From Balneolaceae bacterium UBA7797 (GTDB lineage Bacteria; Bacteroidota; Rhodothermia; Balneolales; Balneolaceae), in NCBI GenBank assembly GCA_002480645.1, contig DLCN01000003.1, forward strand, positions 276,355-308,354: a stretch of 32,000 nt of DNA. Direction: 5' to 3'. The notes beneath the pieces were generated by a model that saw only the letters and a list, made by a program, of their open reading frames with translations, was not told the DNA's origin and made no database searches. Position numbers and translations under genes: made by a program. Every line of letters begins with the position of its first letter. The first letter of the stretch is position 1. Of the stretch, positions 1-9,181 are shown one piece after another.

Positions 1-2408
1 AAGTCGGGCACGATACGTATCACCATACGTTGTTCGAAATGTTGGGTAACTGGTCTTTTGGTGATTATTTCAAAAAAGAAGCAATAAGTTGGGCATGGGA
101 ATTATTGGTTGATCGATGGGGGCTTGAGCCGGATCGGTTATATGCTACTGTTTTTGGCGGTGATGAGAACGATGGATTATCCGTTGATGAAGAAGCCATC
201 GAATTGTGGAAAAGTGAAACCTCTATTGCTGAGAACCACATCCTGAAATTCGGTAAAAAAGATAATTTCTGGGAAATGGGAGACACCGGCCCATGCGGAC
301 CTTGTTCTGAAGTACATATTGACCTGAGGCCGGATGCAGAACGTAAAAAACAGGATGGAGCCGAATTGGTTAATATGGATGATCCCAGAGTGATGGAGAT
401 CTGGAACCTGGTATTCATTCAGTTTAACCGACAGCCTGATGGAAAACTGGTTACTCTGCCTGCCCGGCATGTGGATACCGGAATGGGTTTTGAACGGGTA
501 TGTGCCGTTCTGCAGGGCAAGAGTTCTAACTACGATTCAGACGTTTTCACTCCTCTTTTGGATGAGATCTCCGGTTTAGCCGGGCTCACTTATGGAAATG
601 ATGAGGAGAAAGATATTGCAATGCGTGTGATCGCCGATCACATTCGTGCTGTCACTTTTTCAATAGCGGATGGAGCTTCTCCCGGCAATGATGGCCGAGG
701 ATATGTAATCCGTCGGATCCTTCGCCGGGCCATTCGTTATGGATGGGACAAACTTGGTTTTAAAGAACCTTTCTTCTACAAATTGGTTGCCGTATTAGCA
801 GAGCAGTTTAAGGAGGTATTTCCGGAAGTTGTTGCTCAGCAGGAATACATTACCAATGTGATCAAAGCTGAGGAAAAAAGCTTTCTGAAGACGCTCGGAC
901 AAGGAATTGAGATCTTCCATGAAATGGTGAAGGACAAAAAAATATCCGGTGCTGAGGCGTTTAAATTACATGATACATATGGCTTCCCGATCGATCTTAC
1001 CCAGTTGATGGCTCGTGAGATCGGTGTTGATGTAGATGTTGACGGGTTTGACCGGCACATGCAGGAACAAAAAGATCGTGCACGTGCAGCCGGTAAATTC
1101 AGTGTCGATCAAAGTAAGACCAATGAGTGGGTGCTGGTTAACGACGCTGATGATTTTGAGTTTGTAGGATATGATGATTTCGAGGCCAATGTTTTGATCA
1201 CTGCTTATCGAAAAGAAGGTGACAGGGTTGCCTTTAAATTAAATAAGACGCCGTTTTATGCTGAAAGTGGTGGTCAGGTCGCGGATACCGGATTGCTAAC
1301 AAACGGTGATGTATTCATACATGTTAAGGATGTACAAAAAGGAGCAGATGGTTTTATTCATTACACCGATTCGTTGCCTGAAGACCTTTCAGGAAACTGG
1401 AATGCTCAGATCGATCTGGAGCGTCGTTTAGAGATTCAAAAACATCACTCAGCAACTCATCTTGCACATGCGGCACTTCGAAATGTACTTGGTGATCATG
1501 TGACACAGAAAGGTTCGTTAGTTAACGAAAAGCATTTACGATTCGATTTTTCTCATTACGAAGCAATGACCCGGGAACAGCTGGATGCTGTTGAAAAGCA
1601 GGTGAATGATAAGATCCAGGAGAATATTCCGCTGATCGAGGAGAGGGATGTTCCCATTGAAGAGGCCCGTAAAAAAGGTGCTATGATGCTCTTTGGCGAG
1701 AAATATGGCGACTTTGTTCGTGTGATCACCTTTGATGAGGATTACTCGGTAGAGCTTTGTGGTGGTACCCATGTTGGTGCAACCGGAGAGATCGGTTATT
1801 TCCGGTTTCTCAGCGAAAGTTCAGCTGCAGCCGGTATAAGAAGGATTGAGGCCGTTACCGGTAAAACGGCGGATGAGTTACTCAGAAAAGAGAAATATCT
1901 GGTAAGTAATATTAAATCCACATTCGGTCAGACCGATGATCCGGTATCCAGTTTGCAAAAGCTGATGGACGAAAAGAAAGCTCTGGAAAAAGAACTGGAA
2001 AAGTTAAATATGCAGCAAACCGGTGCAGTCTTAGATCAATTGATCGCTGCAAGATCATCCTCTGATCTGGGCTTTGATATTGTGAAAGGAATAGTTCCCG
2101 GAGCTGATATGAATGCGTTAAAACAACTCGGTTACGATGCCATTGAAAAGACAAAGACCGGCACTATGATCGTATTGGGCGCCAAAGATATGGAAGCCGG
2201 AAAAGTATTTCTGATGGTAGCCTTGACCGAAGATCTTATCAAAGAAAAAGCACTGAAAGCCGGCGCATTGGTTGGGAAACTTGGCCGACTTGTAGGTGGC
2301 GGAGGTGGTGGCCAACCAAATCTGGCAACAGCAGGAGGAAAGAATCCTGAAAAATTAGAGGAAGCACTGGAAAAGGTGAATGAAATCGCCTCAGAATTCA
2401 TTAGTTAA
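1..2408 (+). CDS. alaS: Alanine--tRNA ligase, 5'-truncated at the window edge
   Basis: Frame is open upstream of the listed start (V-G-H-D-T-Y-H-H-T-L-F-E-M-L-G-N-W-S-F-G-D-Y-F-K-K-E). Class II AlaRS core, editing domain motif HHSATHLAHAAL, CGGTHV zinc motif, C-terminal Gly-rich C-Ala region. Confidence 0.97.
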   Translation, partial: VGHDTYHHTLFEMLGNWSFGDYFKKEAISWAWELLVDRWGLEPDRLYATVFGGDENDGLSVDEEAIELWKSETSIAENHILKFGKKDNFWEMGDTGPCGPCSEVHIDLRPDAERKKQDGAELVNMDDPRVMEIWNLVFIQFNRQPDGKLVTLPARHVDTGMGFERVCAVLQGKSSNYDSDVFTPLLDEISGLAGLTYGNDEEKDIAMRVIADHIRAVTFSIADGASPGNDGRGYVIRRILRRAIRYGWDKLGFKEPFFYKLVAVLAEQFKEVFPEVVAQQEYITNVIKAEEKSFLKTLGQGIEIFHEMVKDKKISGAEAFKLHDTYGFPIDLTQLMAREIGVDVDVDGFDRHMQEQKDRARAAGKFSVDQSKTNEWVLVNDADDFEFVGYDDFEANVLITAYRKEGDRVAFKLNKTPFYAESGGQVADTGLLTNGDVFIHVKDVQKGADGFIHYTDSLPEDLSGNWNAQIDLERRLEIQKHHSATHLAHAALRNVLGDHVTQKGSLVNEKHLRFDFSHYEAMTREQLDAVEKQVNDKIQENIPLIEERDVPIEEARKKGAMMLFGEKYGDFVRVITFDEDYSVELCGGTHVGATGEIGYFRFLSESSAAAGIRRIEAVTGKTADELLRKEKYLVSNIKSTFGQTDDPVSSLQKLMDEKKALEKELEKLNMQQTGAVLDQLIAARSSSDLGFDIVKGIVPGADMNALKQLGYDAIEKTKTGTMIVLGAKDMEAGKVFLMVALTEDLIKEKALKAGALVGKLGRLVGGGGGGQPNLATAGGKNPEKLEEALEKVNEIASEFIS

Positions 2409-2447
2409 TCAGTGTAAACGATTCACAAAATCTTCTTAAAAAATCGG

Positions 2448-2455
2448 TATATTTG
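2448..2455 (+). promoter_or_regulatory. Possible Bacteroidota-type -7 box (TAnnTTTG) upstream of the pdh genes
   Basis: TATATTTG in the alaS-pdhA intergenic region, about 41 bp before the pdhA start. No clear TTG -33 element seen. Confidence 0.35.
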
Positions 2456-2496
2456 AGCCCTTTTTTCACAGAGGATCAGATATCAACAAATTACTT

Positions 2497-3597
2497 ATGG
2501 CTGAAAACAAGAAAGACGATATAGTATTTGCCCCGAAAGGCATTGGAGATGAAAAAGACGGAGCAGTTCAGAAGGGAGTGGATCTCCCGGCTCCTACACG
2601 AAAAAAACATAAAAGTCTTGGGCTTACCGAAGATGATCTTAAAGCAATGTACGAGCAAATGTACTTGCAACGTCGTTTCGAAGAACGCTCTATGCAACAG
2701 TATCAAAAAGGAAAATTCGGTGGTTTTCTGCACCTTTACATTGGGCAGGAAGCGATCTCAACCGGTACTGTGTTCGCGTTTGATGACAAAGACGATATCA
2801 TTACCGGTTACCGTGATCATGGCTGGGGATTATGTCGTGGTCTGACGGCTAAAGAAGGAATGGCTGAGCTTTTTGGAAAAGCTACCGGGTGTTCAAAAGG
2901 TAAAGGCGGTTCTATGCACTTTGCCAATGCGAAAGAACATTTTTGGGGTGGTTACGGTATTGTAGGTGGCCATATTCCGATAGGTGCCGGATTTGCTTTC
3001 GCAAATAAATACAAAGGAACAGGTAATATCTCTGCTACTTTCTTTGGTGACGGAGCGGTAGATCAGGGTGCATTACACGAGTCAATGAATATCGCCCAAC
3101 TCTGGAAATTACCGGTACTCTTCGTTGTAGAGAACAACGGATATTCAATGGGTACTGCGGCTAAGCGTCATACCGTGGCAGAGATCGTAGATCGTGCAAA
3201 AGGCTATGGAATGAAGAGTGCAGTGATCAACGGTATGGATGTATTCTCTGTGTATGAAAAGATGAAAGAGATCGCCGACGATGTGCGCGAAAACTCGGAA
3301 CCTTACTTTATAGAGATCAGAACCTATCGCTACCGTGGGCACTCAATGTCTGATCCACAAAAGTACCGAACCAAGGAAGAATTAGAAGAATACCAGAAGA
3401 TCGATCCTATTCTTAAACTCCGCGATTATATCTTATCAAATGATATTATGACGGAAGAGGAGATCACCGAAGTTGAGGACAAAGTAGAGGAGGAAGTATT
3501 AGAAGCCGTAGAATTTGCAGATAATTCCCCATTCCCGGATGATGATGAACTCTACGACGATATGTTTGCTGACGACGAACCATACTTCCACGTTTAA
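2497..3597 (+). CDS. pdhA: Pyruvate dehydrogenase E1 component, alpha subunit
   Basis: 366 aa with TPP-binding pattern (GDGAVDQGALHESMNIAQLWKLPVLFVVENNGYSMGT), GKGGSMHF, RYRGHSMSDP phosphorylation-loop-like motif; followed by E1 beta and E2. Confidence 0.95.
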   Translation: MAENKKDDIVFAPKGIGDEKDGAVQKGVDLPAPTRKKHKSLGLTEDDLKAMYEQMYLQRRFEERSMQQYQKGKFGGFLHLYIGQEAISTGTVFAFDDKDDIITGYRDHGWGLCRGLTAKEGMAELFGKATGCSKGKGGSMHFANAKEHFWGGYGIVGGHIPIGAGFAFANKYKGTGNISATFFGDGAVDQGALHESMNIAQLWKLPVLFVVENNGYSMGTAAKRHTVAEIVDRAKGYGMKSAVINGMDVFSVYEKMKEIADDVRENSEPYFIEIRTYRYRGHSMSDPQKYRTKEELEEYQKIDPILKLRDYILSNDIMTEEEITEVEDKVEEEVLEAVEFADNSPFPDDDELYDDMFADDEPYFHV

Positions 3598-3617
3598 TCC
3601 AAAGATTTTAAAAGAAA

Positions 3618-4598
3618 ATGGCTGAACTACAATTTAGAGAAGCAATAAAACAGGCAATTGATGAAGAAATGGGCCGTGATGAAAATGTTTTCATCATGGG
3701 TGAAGAAGTTGCCGAATATAACGGAGCCTATAAAGTAACCGAAGGGTTGCTGGACAAATATGGCTATAAAAGAGTGATTGATACGCCGATCTCTGAGCTT
3801 GGGTTTGCAGGAATAGGGGTTGGTGCTGCCATGCATGGATTACGACCTATCGTTGAATTCATGACCTTCAACTTCGCTGTATTAGCTGCTGATCAGATCA
3901 TTAACCACGCCACTAAAGTAAAGTACATGACGGGTGGTCAGGCTGATGCTCCGATCGTATTCAGAGGGCCCAATGCGTCCGCGGGTCAGCTGGGTGCTAC
4001 ACACTCGGTAGCTTATGACTCAATGTATGCAATGTTCCCCGGTCTCAAAGTGATCTACACTTCTGAACCGGATGATGCGAAAGGGTTAATGAAATCAGCG
4101 ATCCGTGATGACAATCCGGTATTGTTCATGGAATCAGAGCAAATGTATGGTCTGAAAGGTGAAGTTTCTGAAGAAGAAGATTATATCATCCCAATTGGTA
4201 AAGGAAAGATCAAACGGGAAGGTTCTGATGTAACGATCATCGCACATGGTAAGATGTATCACGTCGCAAAACAGGCCGCGGCTCAGTTAGCTAAAGATGG
4301 AATTGAAGCCGAGATCATTGATCCACGCACGGTAAAACCACTGGATCTGCCGTTGATCGTGGAATCCATCAAAAAAACGAATCGATGTGTAGTAGTTGAC
4401 GAAGCTCATCCATTTGCCGGATTTGCTGCAGAAATTGGATTCCTGATCCAGAGAGAAGCATTTGATTATTTAGATGCACCGGTTCAGCGGGTTACGTTAC
4501 CGGATGTGAACGCTCCGTTCTCAAAGAAGTTATTTGATCTTTGGTTACCTAGTCCAAAGAATGTAATTGAAGCAGTAAATCAGGTAACTTACCGATAG
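3618..4598 (+). CDS. pdhB: Pyruvate dehydrogenase E1 component, beta subunit
   Basis: 326 aa; typical E1 beta sequence (DENVFIMGEEVAEYNGAYKVTEGL, DTPISELGFAGIGVGAAMHGLRPIVEFM, VVDEAHPFAGFAAEIGFLI). Confidence 0.95.
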   Translation: MAELQFREAIKQAIDEEMGRDENVFIMGEEVAEYNGAYKVTEGLLDKYGYKRVIDTPISELGFAGIGVGAAMHGLRPIVEFMTFNFAVLAADQIINHATKVKYMTGGQADAPIVFRGPNASAGQLGATHSVAYDSMYAMFPGLKVIYTSEPDDAKGLMKSAIRDDNPVLFMESEQMYGLKGEVSEEEDYIIPIGKGKIKREGSDVTIIAHGKMYHVAKQAAAQLAKDGIEAEIIDPRTVKPLDLPLIVESIKKTNRCVVVDEAHPFAGFAAEIGFLIQREAFDYLDAPVQRVTLPDVNAPFSKKLFDLWLPSPKNVIEAVNQVTYR

Positions 4599-4628
4599 AA
4601 ATTTAACCATTTATATAATTCTACCATT

Positions 4629-5879
4629 ATGGCTATTAAAATAGAAATGCCCAAGTTGAGCGATACCATGGAAGAAGGGGTGATCGCAAAATGGAATGTT
4701 AAAGAAGGGGATAAAGTAGAAGCCGGAGATATTATCGCCGAGGTTGAAACCGACAAAGCTACCATGGATGTGGAAGTGTTTGATGCCGGTACAATTTTGA
4801 AGATTGTTCCCGGCGAAGGTGACTCTGTTCCTTTAGGCGGTTTAATAGCCGTTATTGGTGAAGAGGGAGAAGATATCAGTGATCTGACCTCAGGTGATGA
4901 TCCAGGAGATAGTTCTTCATCTGAAAAAGAGGCAGAGAGCAAATCTGAGCCTGAAGCAGAAGAGAAGAAAGAGACTACAGCTCCTGCTTCTACTTCAGAT
5001 GAAGATGGTAGAATTAAAGCATCGCCACTGGCTCGCAAGATCGCAGAAGATAAAGGAATTAATCTTTCTGATGTAAATGGCTCCGGACCTGAAGGTCGGA
5101 TCATTAAAAAAGATGTGGAAGATTTCAGTCCTTCTAAAGGAGGGTTAACCAAACCTGAGGCTACATCTGCTTCTAAACCGGCTCCTGTATTCGATAATCT
5201 GGAGAGTAAAGAAGTAAAAGTTTCTCAGATGAGAAAAGTGATCGCCCGTCGTCTCTCGGAGAGTAAATTCACCAATCCACATTTCTATGAAACGATCGAT
5301 ATAGACATGAAAGCAGCAATGGCAGCAAGAAGTGCACTAAATGCTGCGAATGATGTGAAGATCAGCTTTAATGACATTGTTGTAAAAGCCTCTGCGATCG
5401 CTTTGACCCGCCATCAGGCAATTAACAGCTCATGGCACGATGATGTGATCATGGAACATGGTGACGTTCATATTGCGGTTGCAGTTGCTATCGATGAAGG
5501 GCTTATGACTCCTGTGATCGATCATGCCGACAAAAAAGGCCTGGCTCAGATCAGTTCCGAAACCCGTGAATTAGCCGGATTAGCCCGTGATCGTAAACTT
5601 CAGCCTGAACAAATGGAAGGCAGTACCTTTACGATCAGTAATCTGGGAATGTTTGGGATCGAAGAATTTACAGCCATCATAAATCCACCAAATGCCTGTA
5701 TCATGGCAGTAGGAGCGATCCGTGACGTACCTGTGGTTGAAAATGGGGAAGTAGTTCCAGGAAAGAGAATGAAAGTCACTTTATCAAGCGACCACCGTAT
5801 TGTGGATGGAGCGAAAGCGGCACAATTTCTCAATACCTTCAAAGAGCTCATGGAAAATCCACTTTCTATGCTACTGTAG
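4629..5879 (+). CDS. pdhC: Dihydrolipoamide acetyltransferase (E2) of the pyruvate dehydrogenase complex
   Basis: Single N-terminal lipoyl domain (VETDKATMDVEVF), peripheral subunit-binding domain (ASPLARKIAEDKGINLSDVNGSGPEGRIIKKDV), catalytic domain with HRIVDGA. Confidence 0.94.
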   Translation: MAIKIEMPKLSDTMEEGVIAKWNVKEGDKVEAGDIIAEVETDKATMDVEVFDAGTILKIVPGEGDSVPLGGLIAVIGEEGEDISDLTSGDDPGDSSSSEKEAESKSEPEAEEKKETTAPASTSDEDGRIKASPLARKIAEDKGINLSDVNGSGPEGRIIKKDVEDFSPSKGGLTKPEATSASKPAPVFDNLESKEVKVSQMRKVIARRLSESKFTNPHFYETIDIDMKAAMAARSALNAANDVKISFNDIVVKASAIALTRHQAINSSWHDDVIMEHGDVHIAVAVAIDEGLMTPVIDHADKKGLAQISSETRELAGLARDRKLQPEQMEGSTFTISNLGMFGIEEFTAIINPPNACIMAVGAIRDVPVVENGEVVPGKRMKVTLSSDHRIVDGAKAAQFLNTFKELMENPLSMLL

Positions 5880-5907
5880 TTGTTTTAGAATAACCGTCAA
5901 AATTTTT

Positions 5908-5935
5908 AAAGGCTCATCTTGGATGGGCCTTTTTT
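5908..5935 (+). terminator. Rho-independent terminator downstream of the pdh genes
   Basis: AAAGGCTCATC-TTG-GATGGGCCTTT followed by TTT: 11-bp stem with one G-U pair, 3-nt loop, T-run. Confidence 0.85.
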
Positions 5936-6009
5936 GTTTGCGTTCAGTTGCAGGATGAGATTCGAACTAGTAGTGAACAGCTAGTGGTAGTCACTGTTCG
6001 ATAATGATC

Positions 6010-7815
6010 TTATGGATATTCTAAAAGGTAGATGACCGGCTCAGAACCACGATCAGCTAAACGACGGGCTAAAGCGTTTGCATCTCTGAAGGAGTTAAAG
6101 ATCTCAGATACCTGTACATAATAAAGCCCATTTTCCATCCCGAATACTCGGGTATCGATATTTAGGGCTTCTTTTAATGATTGTACGGCAGCTTCTGCGA
6201 GCTGTCGGTTCTCAAATACATTAATTTGTATCTGATATCTGGCCCGGTAATTTCTGAAATCTTCCGTATTTGGCTTGAGTTCGAGATTTCTGGTTAATCC
6301 CTTTTCCCTGATATTGTTAAGAACAGATAATGCATGATCCTGGCGGGTGTATGGTCCATTCACCACAAGAAAACGGTTTTCAGATTTTACGATATAGGAT
6401 TCGATCCCATAATCTCCAAGAATGGTAAATGAATAATCAATGGCATTTTGCTCTGAAGAGAATGAACCAAATTGGATTAGGTAAGTTAGGGTCTCTATTC
6501 TGTTACTTCCTGCATCACATCGGTGAACAAGATTCAGGTTTAACTCAGGCATCTCACTCTTAACAGTTCTGTAATCTTCAATTGCTTTGGTAAAGTTTTG
6601 ATCACCGGAAGAACGAATGGTATACAGGTCGTTATTAAAACCAATATTAAGTGCTACCCCGGTTCTTTCCGTTACTGAGTTTGAGACATCAAAAGCACTG
6701 TTTAAAGATCTGAAGCTGCCAACCTGAATTGCATAACTACAATTATCCCTGGAACCAAGTGAGAAAACAGCATTTGATGATACCGGTTCCGGATCAGGGG
6801 TTTCAGGCTGTTCAGTTACCTTTTCCGGTTGATCTGCAGCTAATGGTTCGTCAGCTTCAGCAATTTCTTCGTCCTCATCAGGAGTCTGTATGACCTCTTC
6901 TTCTGTATCAACCGTTGTAGCATTATTATTGCTAGCTGATGGGGGCTGAACGGGCTCCGGTAATGGTTTGATTGCCGGAATCGCATCAGATATAAACGTT
7001 AGAGAATCGCTAACAGTCAGGAATTGATTGGTCAGTGAATCTATGTTTGCATTTTGTAGAGAATCAGACTCTAACGAATCTGCCTCAGCAAGTAATTCCT
7101 CTTCCGGCTCAGGTTTTTCTTCCATAGAATAATACAAACGAAGCACTACTCTTCTGTTCATCTCCCTCGGAGCCTCAACCCGTTCGCCATTCTCATCGGT
7201 GATATATCTTGGTCGTGAATCCGCGTAACCTGAAGCCTTCAGGCGAGATTTATCAATGCCTTCTGAAATGAAATACTTGACCACATCTGCTGCCCGTGCT
7301 GTAGATAATTCCCAGTTAGATGGATAAATACGAGATGAGATCGGCACATCATCCGTATGGCCTTCAACATCAATATTATAATCGTCGTACTCATTTTTCC
7401 GGATGGCGACAACGATCTTATTCAAAATATCTTTAGCTGATGAAAGAAGGTTTGCACTTCCCGAATTAAAGAAAGAGTCACTGCTGAATCTGATCTTAAT
7501 ATCATTAAGATCACGGTTGATCTCGATCTTACCTGCCTCGATCTCGTCTACAAGGTAGATCTCCAGTTGACGCTGAACTTCTTCGATCGGGGTGGTTATA
7601 TACTCGGTTTCTATCACCGAGGAGTCGTATAAATTTGAGACGGAAAGGGGATCTTGTTTTGTGATCTGAGAGACGGAAAGTAATACGATCAAAAAACCAA
7701 GGATCACCGTAATGATATCGAGATAACTGATCTGCCAGCTATCCTCATCTTCTCCCTCAAAATGACTGTTGGGGAAGAGTGAATTTCTATTTCTATTGGA
7801 TGGTCCCGGACTCAA
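6010..7815 (-). CDS. MotB-like stator protein: N-terminal TM with Asp33, OmpA/MotB peptidoglycan-binding domain, three C-terminal SPOR-like repeats
   Basis: 601 aa. SYLDIITVILGFLIVLLSVSQ resembles the MotB TM helix with its ion-carrying Asp. GHTDDVPI..YPSNWELSTARAADVVKYFISEGI....GYADSRP....NRRVVLRL is a classic MotB/OmpA_C signature. SPOR-like blocks start at YAIQVGSF, YLIQFGSF and YQIQINVF. Confidence 0.9.
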   Translation of the reverse strand: MSPGPSNRNRNSLFPNSHFEGEDEDSWQISYLDIITVILGFLIVLLSVSQITKQDPLSVSNLYDSSVIETEYITTPIEEVQRQLEIYLVDEIEAGKIEINRDLNDIKIRFSSDSFFNSGSANLLSSAKDILNKIVVAIRKNEYDDYNIDVEGHTDDVPISSRIYPSNWELSTARAADVVKYFISEGIDKSRLKASGYADSRPRYITDENGERVEAPREMNRRVVLRLYYSMEEKPEPEEELLAEADSLESDSLQNANIDSLTNQFLTVSDSLTFISDAIPAIKPLPEPVQPPSASNNNATTVDTEEEVIQTPDEDEEIAEADEPLAADQPEKVTEQPETPDPEPVSSNAVFSLGSRDNCSYAIQVGSFRSLNSAFDVSNSVTERTGVALNIGFNNDLYTIRSSGDQNFTKAIEDYRTVKSEMPELNLNLVHRCDAGSNRIETLTYLIQFGSFSSEQNAIDYSFTILGDYGIESYIVKSENRFLVVNGPYTRQDHALSVLNNIREKGLTRNLELKPNTEDFRNYRARYQIQINVFENRQLAEAAVQSLKEALNIDTRVFGMENGLYYVQVSEIFNSFRDANALARRLADRGSEPVIYLLEYP

Positions 7816-7833
7816 AGTGTACGACTTTATACT

Positions 7834-8631
7834 TTATAGTTGTGTCTTATTCCGGCGCATATGGGCCTGCAGTTTATCGTAGATCTGTAATGAGGTTTTT
7901 TGATTTTCGATAAGTAAAACGCCTTCCAGTATCATTTTTTCACGAAAATATTGAAGTGAAGCAATATTATTCATTTTTCGGGCCATAGGAATGAATATGA
8001 AGTTACCAATGATGATCCCATATAAAGTGGTCATAAGCGCAGCTGCCAGTCCTGTAAGCAGAGACTCTACTTCGTTGAACCCTGAAAGCATCACAATAAG
8101 GCCAAAAAGTGTACCCAGCATTCCAAATACAGGGGCAGATTTACCCATGCTCATTATGATCTGATTGATCTGCAATTGTTTAGAGAAATTCTCCTCAATA
8201 TTTATCTCTCCCAATTCCCGGAGTTCCTCTGAACTATAGTTGGTATCCATCACAGAAAACAAATAGCCTTCGAAGGTTTCCATATAATCTTCACTTAATT
8301 GAGCAACCGCTTGTACCCGGTCTTCTTTGATCATTTTCTGCCATTCTAAGATACGTTGAATATCATCCTCTAAAAGGTCATCAGAGATGGTGCTGTGAGA
8401 GAATAAACGCAGGCTTTCCCGATAGGCTCTCAGTACATTTCTAAATGGGTAACTGATAAAGATACTGGCAGAGACACCACCGATCACAATAGCCAAACTT
8501 GGTAGATTCAGATATTCCAGTGTGGTTGGTATCAGCTCATATTGGGTAAAACCCATTACTAATAATGATCCCCACAGTAAAACCATCATGGAGATCAAAA
8601 AGCTGAGTATGTTTAAGATAGAAGTACGCAT
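7834..8631 (-). CDS. MotA-like stator/proton-channel protein (4 predicted TM helices)
   Basis: 265 aa: SLAIVIGGVSASIFISYPF, APVFGMLGTLFGLIVMLSGF, LLTGLAAALMTTLYGIIIGNFIFIPMARKMN, FREKMILEGVLLIENQKTSLQIYDKL. This is the MotA layout (2 TM, cytoplasmic domain, 2 TM), not 3-TM TolQ/ExbB. Confidence 0.9.
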   Translation of the reverse strand: MRTSILNILSFLISMMVLLWGSLLVMGFTQYELIPTTLEYLNLPSLAIVIGGVSASIFISYPFRNVLRAYRESLRLFSHSTISDDLLEDDIQRILEWQKMIKEDRVQAVAQLSEDYMETFEGYLFSVMDTNYSSEELRELGEINIEENFSKQLQINQIIMSMGKSAPVFGMLGTLFGLIVMLSGFNEVESLLTGLAAALMTTLYGIIIGNFIFIPMARKMNNIASLQYFREKMILEGVLLIENQKTSLQIYDKLQAHMRRNKTQL

Positions 8632-8643
8632 AAGTGGTAATTC

Positions 8644-9147
8644 TTAAAAATTTTTCCTGAATTTGTCATCAAGCAAACCTTGATTCTGTAGCTCTCTGAG
8701 CACATAGTTTGAGTAGGAGAGCGGTAGATTTTCGTCCAGCTCTAAGGCTTTTCTCCAATCCCGTACAAAATTATCAACCGAACCTAATCCCAGAAAGATA
8801 CTACCTCTAAGAGCAAGAATATCTGCATTTTCTTTAAAACCGTACGCCTTGTTTATATAGTAAAGGGCCTGTTCATAATCTCCGTTATAATATCTCTGTT
8901 GAGCCAGGATATAGAATGTTGTAAGTCCGTTAGCCCTGGCCTGATATTCATTGTACAGATCGATCTTATATTGTTTTTTGATCTCGTTTCTTAATGAATC
9001 AGCTACCGAAGACCGATCACTGTCTTCGTTATCCTGTGTATCCTCAGGATCAGTAAAACTCTCAGCAGAGACATCATCCATCGCTTTTTCACTACTTTTA
9101 CACGAAAAAAGCAGGGCGTAGGCAGGAATCATCATGATCACACCCAA
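8644..9147 (-). CDS. TPR-containing putative lipoprotein
   Basis: 167 aa. N-terminal hydrophobic stretch ending in a lipobox-like LLFSC; TPR-like YYNGDYEQALYYINKAYGFKENADILALRGSIFLGLG..WRKALELDENLP. Confidence 0.7.
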   Translation of the reverse strand: MGVIMMIPAYALLFSCKSSEKAMDDVSAESFTDPEDTQDNEDSDRSSVADSLRNEIKKQYKIDLYNEYQARANGLTTFYILAQQRYYNGDYEQALYYINKAYGFKENADILALRGSIFLGLGSVDNFVRDWRKALELDENLPLSYSNYVLRELQNQGLLDDKFRKNF

Positions 9148-9181
9148 ATAGAATAGTGATATTTGACTCCTGTTTTTGATA

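Noticed and set aside
65-5851. Antisense and alternate-frame ORFs over alaS and the pdh genes (e.g. 65-418, 2528-2845, 4589-5152, 4894-5076)
   Set aside because: They are fully overlapped by well-supported housekeeping genes and their products have no recognisable domain.
5965-6000. Imperfect inverted repeat GAACAG...CTGTTC downstream of the MotB-like gene
   Set aside because: Short stem with a 13-nt loop and no T-run on either side; insufficient to call a terminator or site.
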